A stretch of 64,000 bases of DNA from Thiobacillus sp. (GTDB lineage Bacteria > Pseudomonadota > Gammaproteobacteria > Burkholderiales > Thiobacillaceae), in the NCBI GenBank assembly GCA_041639395.1, contig JBEQCG010000005.1, positions 4,854 to 68,853 on the forward strand. The letters run 5' to 3'. The notes under the pieces are model-generated. The model searched no databases. It was not told the DNA's origin and saw nothing but the letters and a program-made list of their open reading frames with translations. Within the stretch, counting starts at the first letter, position 1, and each line of letters begins with the position of its first letter. Made by a program: the position numbers and the translations under genes. Shown here piece by piece: positions 37,458 through 46,559 of this stretch.

Positions 37458-38368
37458 AGCCGCCCCTTTGGCAGGCCGTCGCAGCCTTGCTTGTCATTGC
37501 CGTTGCGCTGCTGGGGTGGCATCGCAGCAGCGACACGGTGCCGGCCGGCGCGCCGGCCGTGCCGTCGGCGCAGGCGGTTCAGCGCGCTGCGGCGGCACAG
37601 GTACGCGTCGAAGCGCCGGGCGGCGTCGGCAGCGGGCTGCGTCTCGACGACAGCGGCGACGTGCTGGCCGCAGCCGGCGTGCTTGGCGGCGCGGGTACGG
37701 TGAACGTGCGCGACGCGCTCGGCGTGCAGCATCGCGCGCAGGTGCGCGGCGTCGATCGGGTGACCGGGCTGGCGCTGCTGGAAACCGCCGCGCTTGCGGG
37801 CGGGCCGCTGGACTTCGACGCGGTGGAAACGCTCCGCGCCGGGCAGGCGGTCTACGCGCTCGGGGCGGACACGACCTCGCGCGGGCAGGTGACGCAGGCC
37901 GCCAGTACGCTGGCTGGCGCGGCCGACGTGGCGGTGATCGTCACCGACGCCCGCGCCTGTCCGCAAGACGCCGGCGGCGCACTGGCCGACGCCGCCGGGC
38001 GCATCGTCGGCGTGCTGCTGCCGCTGCCGCGCTGCGGCCACGCCATTGCGCTGCCGCTCGCCGCCGCGCACCGGCTGGCGGCGCAACTCAAAACCGGCGG
38101 CCACGCCCGGCGCGGCTGGATCGGCGTCACCGTGGCAGACACCGCCGGCGGCGTGCGCATCGAGTCGGTTGTGCCGGACAGCCCTGCCGCGCAAGCCGGC
38201 CTGCGCGTCGGCGATACGGTGATCGCGTGCGACGGGGCGCTGCCGCGTGCCGCAGGATTTGCCCCGCGCGTGGCGGCGATGCCGCCCGGCCACGATGCCG
38301 CACTGACCATCCGGCGCGACGGCCATGTCCTGGGTGTGACCGTCATCGTGGCGGAGGCGCCGGCGTAG
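37454..38368 (+). CDS. HtrA/DegS-like trypsin-fold + PDZ protein, catalytic triad absent
   Basis: GTG start overlapping emrB stop; TM anchor, GSG motif, RRGWIGV PDZ; triad positions read LAAAGVL, VTGLALL, QDAGG. Confidence 0.75.
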   Translation: MKPPLWQAVAALLVIAVALLGWHRSSDTVPAGAPAVPSAQAVQRAAAAQVRVEAPGGVGSGLRLDDSGDVLAAAGVLGGAGTVNVRDALGVQHRAQVRGVDRVTGLALLETAALAGGPLDFDAVETLRAGQAVYALGADTTSRGQVTQAASTLAGAADVAVIVTDARACPQDAGGALADAAGRIVGVLLPLPRCGHAIALPLAAAHRLAAQLKTGGHARRGWIGVTVADTAGGVRIESVVPDSPAAQAGLRVGDTVIACDGALPRAAGFAPRVAAMPPGHDAALTIRRDGHVLGVTVIVAEAPA

Positions 38369-38371
38369 CGC

Positions 38372-39304
38372 TCAGCCCAGCGTGGTGTCGAGCACCATCA
38401 TTACCGCGAAGCCGGCCATGAGGCCGAGCGTGGCGGGGGTCTGGTGGCCGTTGCGGTGCGTTTCGGGGATGACTTCGTGGCTCACCACAAAAATCATTGC
38501 GCCGGCTGCGAGTCCCATCCCGAGCGGGTAGGCAAGTGCGAGTCCGCTGGCGAGCCCCACGCCGAGAAGTGCGCCGACCGGTTCCATCAAGCCGCTGGCC
38601 GCGGCGATGCCGACGGCGCGGCGCGGTGCGAGCCCGGCGGCTTTCAGCGCCATGGCGACGGCGAGGCCTTCGGGCAGATCCTGCAGGGCGATGGCGATCG
38701 CCAGCGGCAGGCCGGTGGAAAGCTCGCCCTGTGAGAACCCCACCCCCACGGCCATGCCTTCCGGCAGGTTGTGCAGCGCGATGGCGAACACGAACAGCCA
38801 CACCCGGCCGAGGCGCGCGGAGCCTGCACCGCAAGGGCCGCCATGCGCGTGTTCGTGCGGCGTGAACTGATCGAGGCCGAGCATGAGCAGCGTCCCTAGC
38901 CCGAGGCCCATCACCACCACCAGCGCACCCAGCGCGCGGCTGCCGCTGATCGCTTCGCCCGCCGCCAGCCCCGGCAGGATCAGCGAGAACGCGCTGGCGG
39001 CGAGCATCATGCCGGCGGCGAGCCCGAGCAGCGTGTCTTCGGTGCGGCTGGAGATGCGCCGCAGAAACAGCGCCGGCAATGCCCCTGCCGCAGTGGCGGC
39101 CAACCCCGCCAAGCCGCCCAGCAGGGCCAGACGCACGCCGGCGTCGGCCTCACCCCCCGCCACCTGCCATAGGCTCGACAGCAACAGCACGGCGACCGTC
39201 GCGGCGGCCAGCGCCAGTCCGGCACTGATCCACGGATGCGCCTGGGCTTCGGCGATCCAGACGGCGCGCCAACCGGACGCGAGGTGGGCGCGCACGAGTT
39301 CCAT
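38372..39304 (-). CDS. ZIP (GufA-type) metal transporter
   Basis: PHEH loop, LHNLPEGMAVG, QDLPEG, HEVIPE. Confidence 0.9.
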   Translation of the reverse strand: MELVRAHLASGWRAVWIAEAQAHPWISAGLALAAATVAVLLLSSLWQVAGGEADAGVRLALLGGLAGLAATAAGALPALFLRRISSRTEDTLLGLAAGMMLAASAFSLILPGLAAGEAISGSRALGALVVVMGLGLGTLLMLGLDQFTPHEHAHGGPCGAGSARLGRVWLFVFAIALHNLPEGMAVGVGFSQGELSTGLPLAIAIALQDLPEGLAVAMALKAAGLAPRRAVGIAAASGLMEPVGALLGVGLASGLALAYPLGMGLAAGAMIFVVSHEVIPETHRNGHQTPATLGLMAGFAVMMVLDTTLG

Positions 39305-39853
39305 TCAGCGTGTCCCCGTTTGCGGCGCTGCTGGCGCGCTCGCCGCGACGGGCGGCGTATCGACTGCGAACCAGTAGCGATGCGGGTAATCGCGTCCGGG
39401 GTCATGCACCGGCAGCAAACGCATGCCGTACGCGACAAAGAATCCGACGGCGTCGGCCTGCGCCTTGACCAGCACGCCGTCGCAGCCTTGCACGCGCGCC
39501 GCTTCGACCGCCGCGTCGAGCAGTTGGCTGCCGATGCCCTGGCGCAGCGACGCCGGATCGACGTAGAGCCCGTGCAGCAGCAGGCCGGCAAGACCGATCG
39601 GCAGGTCGCGCGCGTCGGCCGCTTCCCAGGCCGCCACGCCGACGATGTGCTGCGCACGCTCGGCGACCACGATGCGCAGAAAGTCGAGGTCGATGGCGCG
39701 GTAACGATAGCTCGGCAGGCTCAGGCGCTTCACCCGTTCGGGCAGCGTCCAGGTCATGAATGCGCGTTCGACCACGCTGTTCAGCGCCGCAAGATCGCCG
39801 ATGCCGGCGGCGCGCAAGCGCACGGGCGCGGGGGGCGAATGCGGGGCGAGCAT
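39305..39853 (-). CDS. GNAT acetyltransferase
   Basis: LHGLYVDPASLRQGIGSQLL acetyl-CoA motif A. Confidence 0.85.
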   Translation of the reverse strand: MLAPHSPPAPVRLRAAGIGDLAALNSVVERAFMTWTLPERVKRLSLPSYRYRAIDLDFLRIVVAERAQHIVGVAAWEAADARDLPIGLAGLLLHGLYVDPASLRQGIGSQLLDAAVEAARVQGCDGVLVKAQADAVGFFVAYGMRLLPVHDPGRDYPHRYWFAVDTPPVAASAPAAPQTGTR

Positions 39854-39870
39854 GGTCGGACGGCCCGGGT

Positions 39871-40050
39871 TCAGACGCCGAGAACGTCGTCGTCGAGCGC
39901 GGCCACGCCGCCGACGCCGAGACCGATCATCGACAACGCGCGCATGACCGCACGGCGCAGCGGGTGTGCGGGCGGGGGATACACCGGCGCGTGGGGGATG
40001 CGCTCGCGACGGTATTCTTCGTAGGTGCTCATCAGGCTCATGGCGATCAT
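39871..40050 (-). CDS. Small hypothetical protein (59 aa)
   Basis: GGAG-N6-ATG; MIAMSLMSTYEEYRRERIP...GLGVGGVAALDDDVLGV. Confidence 0.55.
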   Translation of the reverse strand: MIAMSLMSTYEEYRRERIPHAPVYPPPAHPLRRAVMRALSMIGLGVGGVAALDDDVLGV

Positions 40051-40141
40051 GGTGTTCTCCCGGTTGTCCAAACGACGCATTGCGATGCGCCGCGCCGGCG
40101 TGCGGCATGAGCGTATTGAAGCCGCCCCGGGAAAATTTAGC

Positions 40142-40189
40142 CAATGAATAGTCTAGAATCTGGCTATCGACAAAATCGAATGCGGATAC
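40142..40189. promoter_or_regulatory. Putative OxyR-binding site
   Basis: Tetrads every 11 bp: CAAT(40142), CTAG, CTAT, ATCG, ATAC, resembling ATAG-N7-CTAT repeats. Confidence 0.4.
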
Positions 40190-41095
40190 ATGACGCTGCA
40201 AGAGCTGAAATACCTCGTTGCGCTGGCCGATCTGGGCCACTTTGGCCGCGCCGCCGAAGCCTGTTTCATCACCCAGTCCACGCTTTCCACCCAGATCAAG
40301 AAGCTGGAGGATTACCTTGGCGTGACGCTGTTCGACCGCAGCCTCAAGCGGGTAACGCCCACGCCCATCGGGCGCGAAATCCTGCGGTCGGCACGCAACA
40401 TCGTCGAGGAAGCCGAGCGTATCCGCGAGGTCGCCCGGCACGCGCAGGATCCGATGTCGCGCACCCTCCATCTCGGCGTGATTCCCACCCTGGGCCCGTA
40501 CTACCTGCCGCACGCGCTCACCCTCATCCACAAAAAACACCCCGGCCTGCGCACGCTGCTGCACGAGGAAATGACGCCCAACATCCTCGACCATCTACAG
40601 GACGGCAAGCTCGATACCGCCCTGCTGGCGCTGCCGGTCAACGACGACAACCTCAAGATCGAGCCGCTGTTTCACGAGCCTTTCTATGCCGCACTGCCGG
40701 CGGGCCACGCGCTGGCCACGCACGACACGCTGAAGGTAGCCGACCTGGATGGCGAAAAGCTCATGCTGCTCGACGAGGGCCATTGTCTGCGTGACCAGGC
40801 GCTCGACGTGTGCGGTACCCACGCCGGCAGCCGCGAGGAAGTGCGCGCGACCAGCCTGGAAACCCTGCGCCAGATGGTGGGCATGGGGCTCGGTGTGACA
40901 CTCCTGCCCGCCCTGGCGGTGGACGCCGCGCCGCGTATCAGCAAGAAGTCGGTCGAAATCCGGCCGTTTCGCGCCCCCGGCCCGGGCCGCACCATTGGCT
41001 TGGTGTGGCGCAAGCGCGCGCCGTTTCCCGAAACCTTCGAGCGGCTTGCCGCTACTCTCAAATCCCATTTGCCCGATGGCGTGGAGCCTGTCTGA
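40190..41095 (+). CDS. oxyR: Peroxide-sensing LysR regulator
   Basis: LysR HTH; GVIPTLGPY; EGHCLRDQALDVC redox Cys pair; ATSLETLRQMV. Confidence 0.85.
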   Translation: MTLQELKYLVALADLGHFGRAAEACFITQSTLSTQIKKLEDYLGVTLFDRSLKRVTPTPIGREILRSARNIVEEAERIREVARHAQDPMSRTLHLGVIPTLGPYYLPHALTLIHKKHPGLRTLLHEEMTPNILDHLQDGKLDTALLALPVNDDNLKIEPLFHEPFYAALPAGHALATHDTLKVADLDGEKLMLLDEGHCLRDQALDVCGTHAGSREEVRATSLETLRQMVGMGLGVTLLPALAVDAAPRISKKSVEIRPFRAPGPGRTIGLVWRKRAPFPETFERLAATLKSHLPDGVEPV

Positions 41096-41469
41096 TGTCC
41101 GATCTCAACGACCCCCGCGTTTTTTTCGCCGCCGAACGCACGCTGATGGCGTGGAACCGCACCGGCCTTACGCTGATGGCGTTCGGTTTCGTGCTGGAAC
41201 GCTTCGGCCTGTTTCTGCACATGCTGCGGCCGACGGTACACGCCGAGACGGGGGCGGGACGCGACCTGTCGTTCTGGATCGGCGTGGCGTTCATCAGCCT
41301 GGCGCTGGTGGTGATGAGTTTTTCCATCGTCCAGTTCCGCCGTGTGCTGCGCACGCTGCGGCCCATCGAAATCCCCGCGCGCTACTGCACCTGGGGCGGC
41401 ATGGCGATGAATCTCTCGGTTGTCGTGCTCGGACTGGCGCTGCTGGCCTATCTTTTTTCCGAGCTCTGA
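41095..41469 (+). CDS. YidH/DUF202 membrane protein
   Basis: DPRVFFAAERTLMAWNRT. Confidence 0.88.
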   Translation: MSDLNDPRVFFAAERTLMAWNRTGLTLMAFGFVLERFGLFLHMLRPTVHAETGAGRDLSFWIGVAFISLALVVMSFSIVQFRRVLRTLRPIEIPARYCTWGGMAMNLSVVVLGLALLAYLFSEL

Positions 41470-41487
41470 ACGCCGGGGGCTGACGGA

Positions 41488-42843
41488 CTACAACTGGAAG
41501 GCGGTGAGCAGCACCGTGCCTTCGAGCAATTCGCGCAGGATGCCCACCGGCTCGGCGGAGGCGTCCTCGCTGCGTGCGTCGAGCGCGCCGAGCCAGTCTG
41601 CCAGCCACGCGGTTTCCGGCTCGCCGCGCAGACGCAGCATCAGTTCGAAATTGAGGAAAAGACTGCGCAGGTCGAGGTTGGCCGAGCCCGCCAGCGCGTC
41701 GTCGTCGATGAGCCAGGCCTTGGCGTGCAGCATCGCGCCGGGCAGCAGGCGCACACGCACGCCGGCGTCGATCAGCTCGCGCAGATAACGGCCCCGCGCG
41801 ATGTCGGCGAGGCGATGGTTGGAGCGCGCAGGCAGCAACAGGCTGACCGCCACACCGCGCCGCGCCGCAAGGCACAGGGCAAGCTGAACGGCGTCGTCCG
41901 GCACGAAATACGGCGTGGTCAGCACGATGCGGCGGCGCGCCGAAAACAGCAGCGTGAGCAGGCTTTCGTGCAGCAGGTCGCGCGCGTGGTCGGGGCCGGC
42001 CGCCACCAGTTGCACCTGCGCTTCACCCACGGCGGTCGGCAACGCCTCGGCGGGGCGTGCCTGGGTGCGGCTGGCAAATGACCAGTCGTGTTCGTATAGG
42101 CGCAGCAGGTCGCCGACCGCCGGGCCTTCGAGGGTAAGACTGAGATCGACCCAGACGGTAGCGGCGGCGAAGTATTCGTCGGCGACGTTGCGCCCGCCCA
42201 CCCAGGCGCGCGCGCCGTCGGCTATCGCCAGCTTGCGGTGGTTGCGCAGATTGCTGCGCGCGCGGAACGGGCGGTGCAGCAGCGGAATGAACCAGGTGAC
42301 GGTGATGCCGGCTGCGCGCAGGCGTGCCAACACCGTGCGCTGGAGGCGGAACGCGCCGACGCCGTCGATGAGCAGGCGCACGCGCACCCCGGCGGCGGCG
42401 CGTGCTTCCAGCGCAGTGAAGAAATCGTGCCCGGCCGCGTCGTCGGCGAGCAGAAAGAGCGCAATGTCCAGCCGTGTGGTGGCGGATTCGATCAGCTTCA
42501 GCAAGGCGCGCCGGGCGGCGGTACCGTCGGCGTGCCAGTGCAGGCGATGGCCGCCCCGCAGCGGCGGCGCGGCGGCGCTCTCCAGCAGACGGTCGAGCCC
42601 GCTTGCCGGCGCGTTCACCGGCACTGCAGGCAAGTGCTCGGTCGGGCGCGGACGCAGCTTGCGCGTGCCGAAGCTGAGATAAGCCGGCACCGCGAGCCAG
42701 GGCAGGGTGACAACGAACAGCACCCAGGCGATGGTGGCCGCCGGATGCCGCCGCTGCCGCAGGATATGGCCGACGAGCAGCGCCGCGAACGCCACGCCGA
42801 CTGCCAGGGAGAATTGCAGCAGCGAAAGATGGAGGTCGCTCAT
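41488..42843 (-). CDS. cls: Cardiolipin synthase (PLD family)
   Basis: Two N-terminal TM; HRKLAIAD and HAKAWLIDD HKD motifs. Confidence 0.85.
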   Translation of the reverse strand: MSDLHLSLLQFSLAVGVAFAALLVGHILRQRRHPAATIAWVLFVVTLPWLAVPAYLSFGTRKLRPRPTEHLPAVPVNAPASGLDRLLESAAAPPLRGGHRLHWHADGTAARRALLKLIESATTRLDIALFLLADDAAGHDFFTALEARAAAGVRVRLLIDGVGAFRLQRTVLARLRAAGITVTWFIPLLHRPFRARSNLRNHRKLAIADGARAWVGGRNVADEYFAAATVWVDLSLTLEGPAVGDLLRLYEHDWSFASRTQARPAEALPTAVGEAQVQLVAAGPDHARDLLHESLLTLLFSARRRIVLTTPYFVPDDAVQLALCLAARRGVAVSLLLPARSNHRLADIARGRYLRELIDAGVRVRLLPGAMLHAKAWLIDDDALAGSANLDLRSLFLNFELMLRLRGEPETAWLADWLGALDARSEDASAEPVGILRELLEGTVLLTAFQL

Positions 42844-42955
42844 GCCGGCATGATACCGGCGCGCCGGGTTCTGCCGGGGTTACAAAGCAGACAGGTGGAA
42901 GAATGTATGCAGAGGCAAGCGAGGCCTGTCGAGAATCGCAGACCCTCTGTGTCGA

Positions 42956-43792
42956 TCAAATTTCAGCCGGCAGTGTTCCGTCTGCCCGGCTGGCGAATTT
43001 CAGCGCGAGAGTGTCGCCGGCAGTGGCACGCACGCCGGGCAGGTCGAGCGTCTGGCCGGCGATTTCGATGCAGCAGCCGGCGTCGTCGGCGTGCAGCACC
43101 CGCGCCGACAGATGCTGGATGCCCTGTGCGGCGAGCCCTTCGGCGACCGTGCCGTTCCAGATCACGCGGCCGGATTCCAGCACCACCAGATGATCCGCCA
43201 GCCGCGCGACTTCCTCGGTGGAATGCGTGACGTAGAGCAGCGGAATCGCCAGCTCGCCGTGCAGCGCCTCCAGGTACGGCAGGATTTCCGCGCGCCGGCG
43301 GTCGTCCAGCGCGGCCAGCGGCTCGTCCATCAGCAGCACCCGGGGTTTTAGCGCCAGCGCGCGGGCAATCGCCACCCGCTGCGCCTCGCCGCCGGACAGC
43401 CGTGCGGGTTTGCGTTCGAGCAGCGGGCCGATGCCGAGCAGCTCGACCAGATGCGCGAGCTCGGCGTCGGTCATCGCCGCGTCGGCGCGGCGGCGGCCGA
43501 ATTCGATGTTGGCGCGTGCGGTCAGATGCGGAAACAGCGCAGCGTCCTGGAACACGAAACCGATGGGGCGACGGTGCGGCGGCAGAAAATGCTGCGCGTC
43601 CTGCCAGACCTCGCTGCCCAACGCGATGCGTGCGGGTGCGCGTTCGAGCCCGGCAACCAGCCGCAGCAGTGTGGTCTTGCCCGACCCCGAATGGCCGAAC
43701 AGGGCAGTGATGCCACGCGCGGGCAGGTCAAGATCGAGGTCGAGGTCGAAGCCGCCGCGCGCCCAATGGGCAGAGAGTTGTAGCGCGCTCAT
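42956..43792 (-). CDS. modC: Molybdate ABC ATPase
   Basis: [29 protein letters not shown]. Confidence 0.92.
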   Translation of the reverse strand: MSALQLSAHWARGGFDLDLDLDLPARGITALFGHSGSGKTTLLRLVAGLERAPARIALGSEVWQDAQHFLPPHRRPIGFVFQDAALFPHLTARANIEFGRRRADAAMTDAELAHLVELLGIGPLLERKPARLSGGEAQRVAIARALALKPRVLLMDEPLAALDDRRRAEILPYLEALHGELAIPLLYVTHSTEEVARLADHLVVLESGRVIWNGTVAEGLAAQGIQHLSARVLHADDAGCCIEIAGQTLDLPGVRATAGDTLALKFASRADGTLPAEI

Positions 43793-44460
43793 GCGGCACG
43801 GGGGCGGCGCGCGTAGACCGCGAGCAGCACCAGGAAACTGAACACCATCAGTACGGCCGCCAGGCGATGCGCGCCGGCGTAGTCGAAGGCTTCGACATAA
43901 TCGTAAAGCTGCACCGAAGCGACGCGCGTTTCACCGGCCAGGTTGCCGCCCAGCATCAGCACCACGCCGAATTCGCCGACGGTGTGCGCAAATGCCAGCA
44001 CGCCGGCGGTGAGAAAACCCGGCCACGACAGCGGTACCACCACGCTGAAAAAAGTATCGAGCGGGGAGGCGCGCAGCGTGGCGGCGGACTCCAGCGGGCG
44101 GCGACCGATGGCCTCGAACGCCGCTTGCAGCGGTTGCACCATGAAAGGCAGCGAATAGATCACCGAGGCGACCACCAGTCCCCAGAAGGTGAACGGCAGC
44201 AGGCCGATGCCGATCGCCTGCGTAAACTGGCCGCCCGGCCCGTTGGGGCCCAGCGCAATCAGCAGATAAAACCCGATCACCGTGGGCGGCAGCACGATGG
44301 GCAGCGCCACCACCGCCATCACCGGCCCGCGCCAGTTTGAGGTCGTGCGCGCCAGCCACCAGGCGAGCGGCGTACCGAGTACGAAAAGAATCAGCGTGAC
44401 CAGCGCCGCGAGCTGGGCGGTGAGCGCCAGCGCTGTCCAGTCGTCTGCACTGAGCGTCAC
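43789..44460 (-). CDS. modB: Molybdate ABC permease
   Basis: [27 protein letters not shown]. Confidence 0.94.
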   Translation of the reverse strand: MTLSADDWTALALTAQLAALVTLILFVLGTPLAWWLARTTSNWRGPVMAVVALPIVLPPTVIGFYLLIALGPNGPGGQFTQAIGIGLLPFTFWGLVVASVIYSLPFMVQPLQAAFEAIGRRPLESAATLRASPLDTFFSVVVPLSWPGFLTAGVLAFAHTVGEFGVVLMLGGNLAGETRVASVQLYDYVEAFDYAGAHRLAAVLMVFSFLVLLAVYARRPRAA

Positions 44461-45206
44461 GTGCCGTAGCCGTAGGACTGGATGATGCGTTGGGTGGCGG
44501 GTTGTTTCATCCAGTCGAGCAGGGCGCGGGCAGCGGCGTTGTTCTGGCCGCGGGTGAGCAATACCGCATCCTGGCGGATGGGCGTGTGCAGCGAATCCGG
44601 CACCACCCAGGCCGAGCCGCGCGTCAGCTTGCCGTCTTTCCAGATTTGCGACAGCGCGACGAAGCCGAGTTCGGCGTTGCCGCTGGCGGCAAACTGCCAG
44701 GTCTGCGCGATGCTCTCGCCGACCACGCGCTTGTTGTCGGGCACGTCGATCTGCATCGACTTCAGCGTTTCCAGTGCGGCGCGGCCGTAGGGGGCGGTTT
44801 TGGGATTGGCGACCGCGAGGAAACGGAACTGGCCGTTGCGCAGCGCGGTGGCGGCAGGGTCAACCTTCTTGTCGTCGGCCGACCACAGTGCCAGCCTGCC
44901 GACCGCATAGGTGAAGGCGCTCCCCGGCACCGCCTGTTTGCCTGCGATCAGGCGGGCGGGCGTTTCGTCGTCGGCGGCGAGCAGCACGTCGAACGGCGCG
45001 CCGTTGACGATCTGCGCGTAGAACTTGCCGGTTGCACCGCCGGAAATGTGGACGCTATGCCCGGTCGCGCGGGTGAATGCCGCGCTGATGACCCTGGCGG
45101 GTTCGAGAAAGTTGGCGGCGACAGCGAGCGCGACCTCGCCCGCGTGGGCAGACGTGCCGGGCAGCCCCAGGCCCAGGGCGAACATAAGCGCGGAAAGTCG
45201 GTGCAT
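44457..45206 (-). CDS. modA: Molybdate-binding protein
   Basis: AVAANF, GATGKFYAQI.NGAPFD, ANPKTAPYG. Confidence 0.94.
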   Translation of the reverse strand: MHRLSALMFALGLGLPGTSAHAGEVALAVAANFLEPARVISAAFTRATGHSVHISGGATGKFYAQIVNGAPFDVLLAADDETPARLIAGKQAVPGSAFTYAVGRLALWSADDKKVDPAATALRNGQFRFLAVANPKTAPYGRAALETLKSMQIDVPDNKRVVGESIAQTWQFAASGNAELGFVALSQIWKDGKLTRGSAWVVPDSLHTPIRQDAVLLTRGQNNAAARALLDWMKQPATQRIIQSYGYGT

Positions 45207-45226
45207 GGTGGTGGGTCTCTTGATGA

Positions 45227-45256
45227 TTTCGATATATCCATGATGTCATATCGAAA
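45227..45256. promoter_or_regulatory. ModE-box-like operator
   Basis: TTTCGATAT-N12-ATATCGAAA inverted repeat just upstream of modA. Confidence 0.7.
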
Positions 45257-45299
45257 CAGGAAGGAGCAAGCAGGGCGGAAAAATGCCGGCGGCCGGCGC

Positions 45300-45647
45300 T
45301 CAGTCGGAAGCGAGGAGGTGCTGTGCCAGCGCGGCGAAATCGTCGGCGACGGCGTCGCGGGCGTGGCGTTCGAGCAGGCGGTAGCGGGCGATGATTTCGT
45401 GGCCGAGCGGCGTGACCACCGCCCCGCCGCCGTGTGCGCCGCCCTTGGCCGTTTCGACCAGCGGCGAGGCAAAGCAGCGGTTCAGGGTGTCGACCAGATG
45501 CCAGGCGCGCTTGTAGCTCATGGCCATGCTGCGGCCGGCGGCGGCAATCGAGCCGGTTTCGACGATGGCTTCGAGCAGGCGCACCTTACCGGGGCCGAGC
45601 GCGATGTCGTCGCCAAGCAGGATTCGGAAAGCGAGACGGGGAGGCAT
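45300..45647 (-). CDS. modE: ModE-like regulator, HTH-only (115 aa)
   Basis: GPGKVRLLEAI..TGSIAAAGRSM.MSYKRAW, GG..GGGA..T. Confidence 0.85.
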   Translation of the reverse strand: MPPRLAFRILLGDDIALGPGKVRLLEAIVETGSIAAAGRSMAMSYKRAWHLVDTLNRCFASPLVETAKGGAHGGGAVVTPLGHEIIARYRLLERHARDAVADDFAALAQHLLASD

Positions 45648-45761
45648 CAGCCGATGATAGCCGCTGCGCAACGCCGGGCCCAGACGGCGACACGGATCGT
45701 GGCCGGGGTGTCCGGTTGGTCTATACGGGCTGTGTATCGAGAGCTGACTGGCGCGCCCCAC

Positions 45762-46163
45762 TCAGATCAGCCATGCCAGCGCGGCGTAGCGCGCGAGCTT
45801 GCCTGCGCTTACCAGCAGCAAGAAATGGAGGAAGGGAACGCGCAGCAAACCTGCGACCAGACACAAGGGATCGCCCACCACCGGCAGCCAGGCCAGCAGC
45901 AGGCTGGGCTGGCCGAGCCGTCTGAACCAGGTTTCCGCCCGCCGTATCCGTGGTTCGGCTGTTTCGCTGCGGGCGAGCGCCTGCCGCCCGAAACGCCCCA
46001 TTCCCCAGGTGATCACGCTACCGAGCACGTTACCGGTCGTGGCAATGAGCACGCTGTTCAGGGGATCGGCTCCGGCATTCAGGCGAACCAGCAGCAAAGC
46101 CTCCGAACCGCCCGGAAACAGGGTGGAGGAAAGCAAGGCGGAGCCGAACAGGAGCCAGTCCAT
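45762..46163 (-). CDS. yqaA: YqaA/DedA-family membrane protein
   Basis: SSTLFPGGSE, LAWLPVVGDPL...AG, GKLARY. Confidence 0.85.
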   Translation of the reverse strand: MDWLLFGSALLSSTLFPGGSEALLLVRLNAGADPLNSVLIATTGNVLGSVITWGMGRFGRQALARSETAEPRIRRAETWFRRLGQPSLLLAWLPVVGDPLCLVAGLLRVPFLHFLLLVSAGKLARYAALAWLI

Positions 46164-46339
46164 CAGGCGGGTAGGGTGAGCAAAGCGGAAGCGGGCATGT
46201 GAGTCAGGTGCCGGGATAATCGCAATTATCAATCATCTGCATGCAGAGGGTTGCGGCGACTTGGGGCCAGTCGCTCACCCCAGCCCGGCGGCGGGCCGCT
46301 GGCCGGAAACGTGGCTGTATGCTGGGCTACACTGGCGAC

Positions 46340-46558
46340 ATGAATGCACCCGTACTCGAATCCCTGCTGACCTGTCCGCTGTGTGGGGATACCCGCCCCT
46401 ACACCATGCCCACCGACGCCTGCCAGTGGTATCTGGAATGCCCGGCATGCCAGACGCTGCTCAAACCGAAACCGGGCGATTGCTGCGTGTTCTGCTCCTA
46501 CGGCAGCGTGCCGTGTCCGCCGGTGCAGCTCGCCGGGCGGTCGGGCTGTTGCGGCTGA
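46340..46558 (+). CDS. GDCCVxC-domain Cys-rich protein
   Basis: TCPLCG...MPTDACQWYLECPAC...KPGDCCVFCSYGSVPCPP. Confidence 0.88.
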   Translation: MNAPVLESLLTCPLCGDTRPYTMPTDACQWYLECPACQTLLKPKPGDCCVFCSYGSVPCPPVQLAGRSGCCG

Positions 46559-46559
46559 T

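Noticed and set aside
45648-45761. Possible Moco riboswitch or N-terminal extension upstream of modE
   Set aside because: Could not match the Moco motif by eye; the extension has poor codon usage. An Rfam search would settle it
46340-46558. Selenoprotein recoding in the GDCCVxC gene
   Set aside because: All relevant positions are Cys codons; no in-frame TGA
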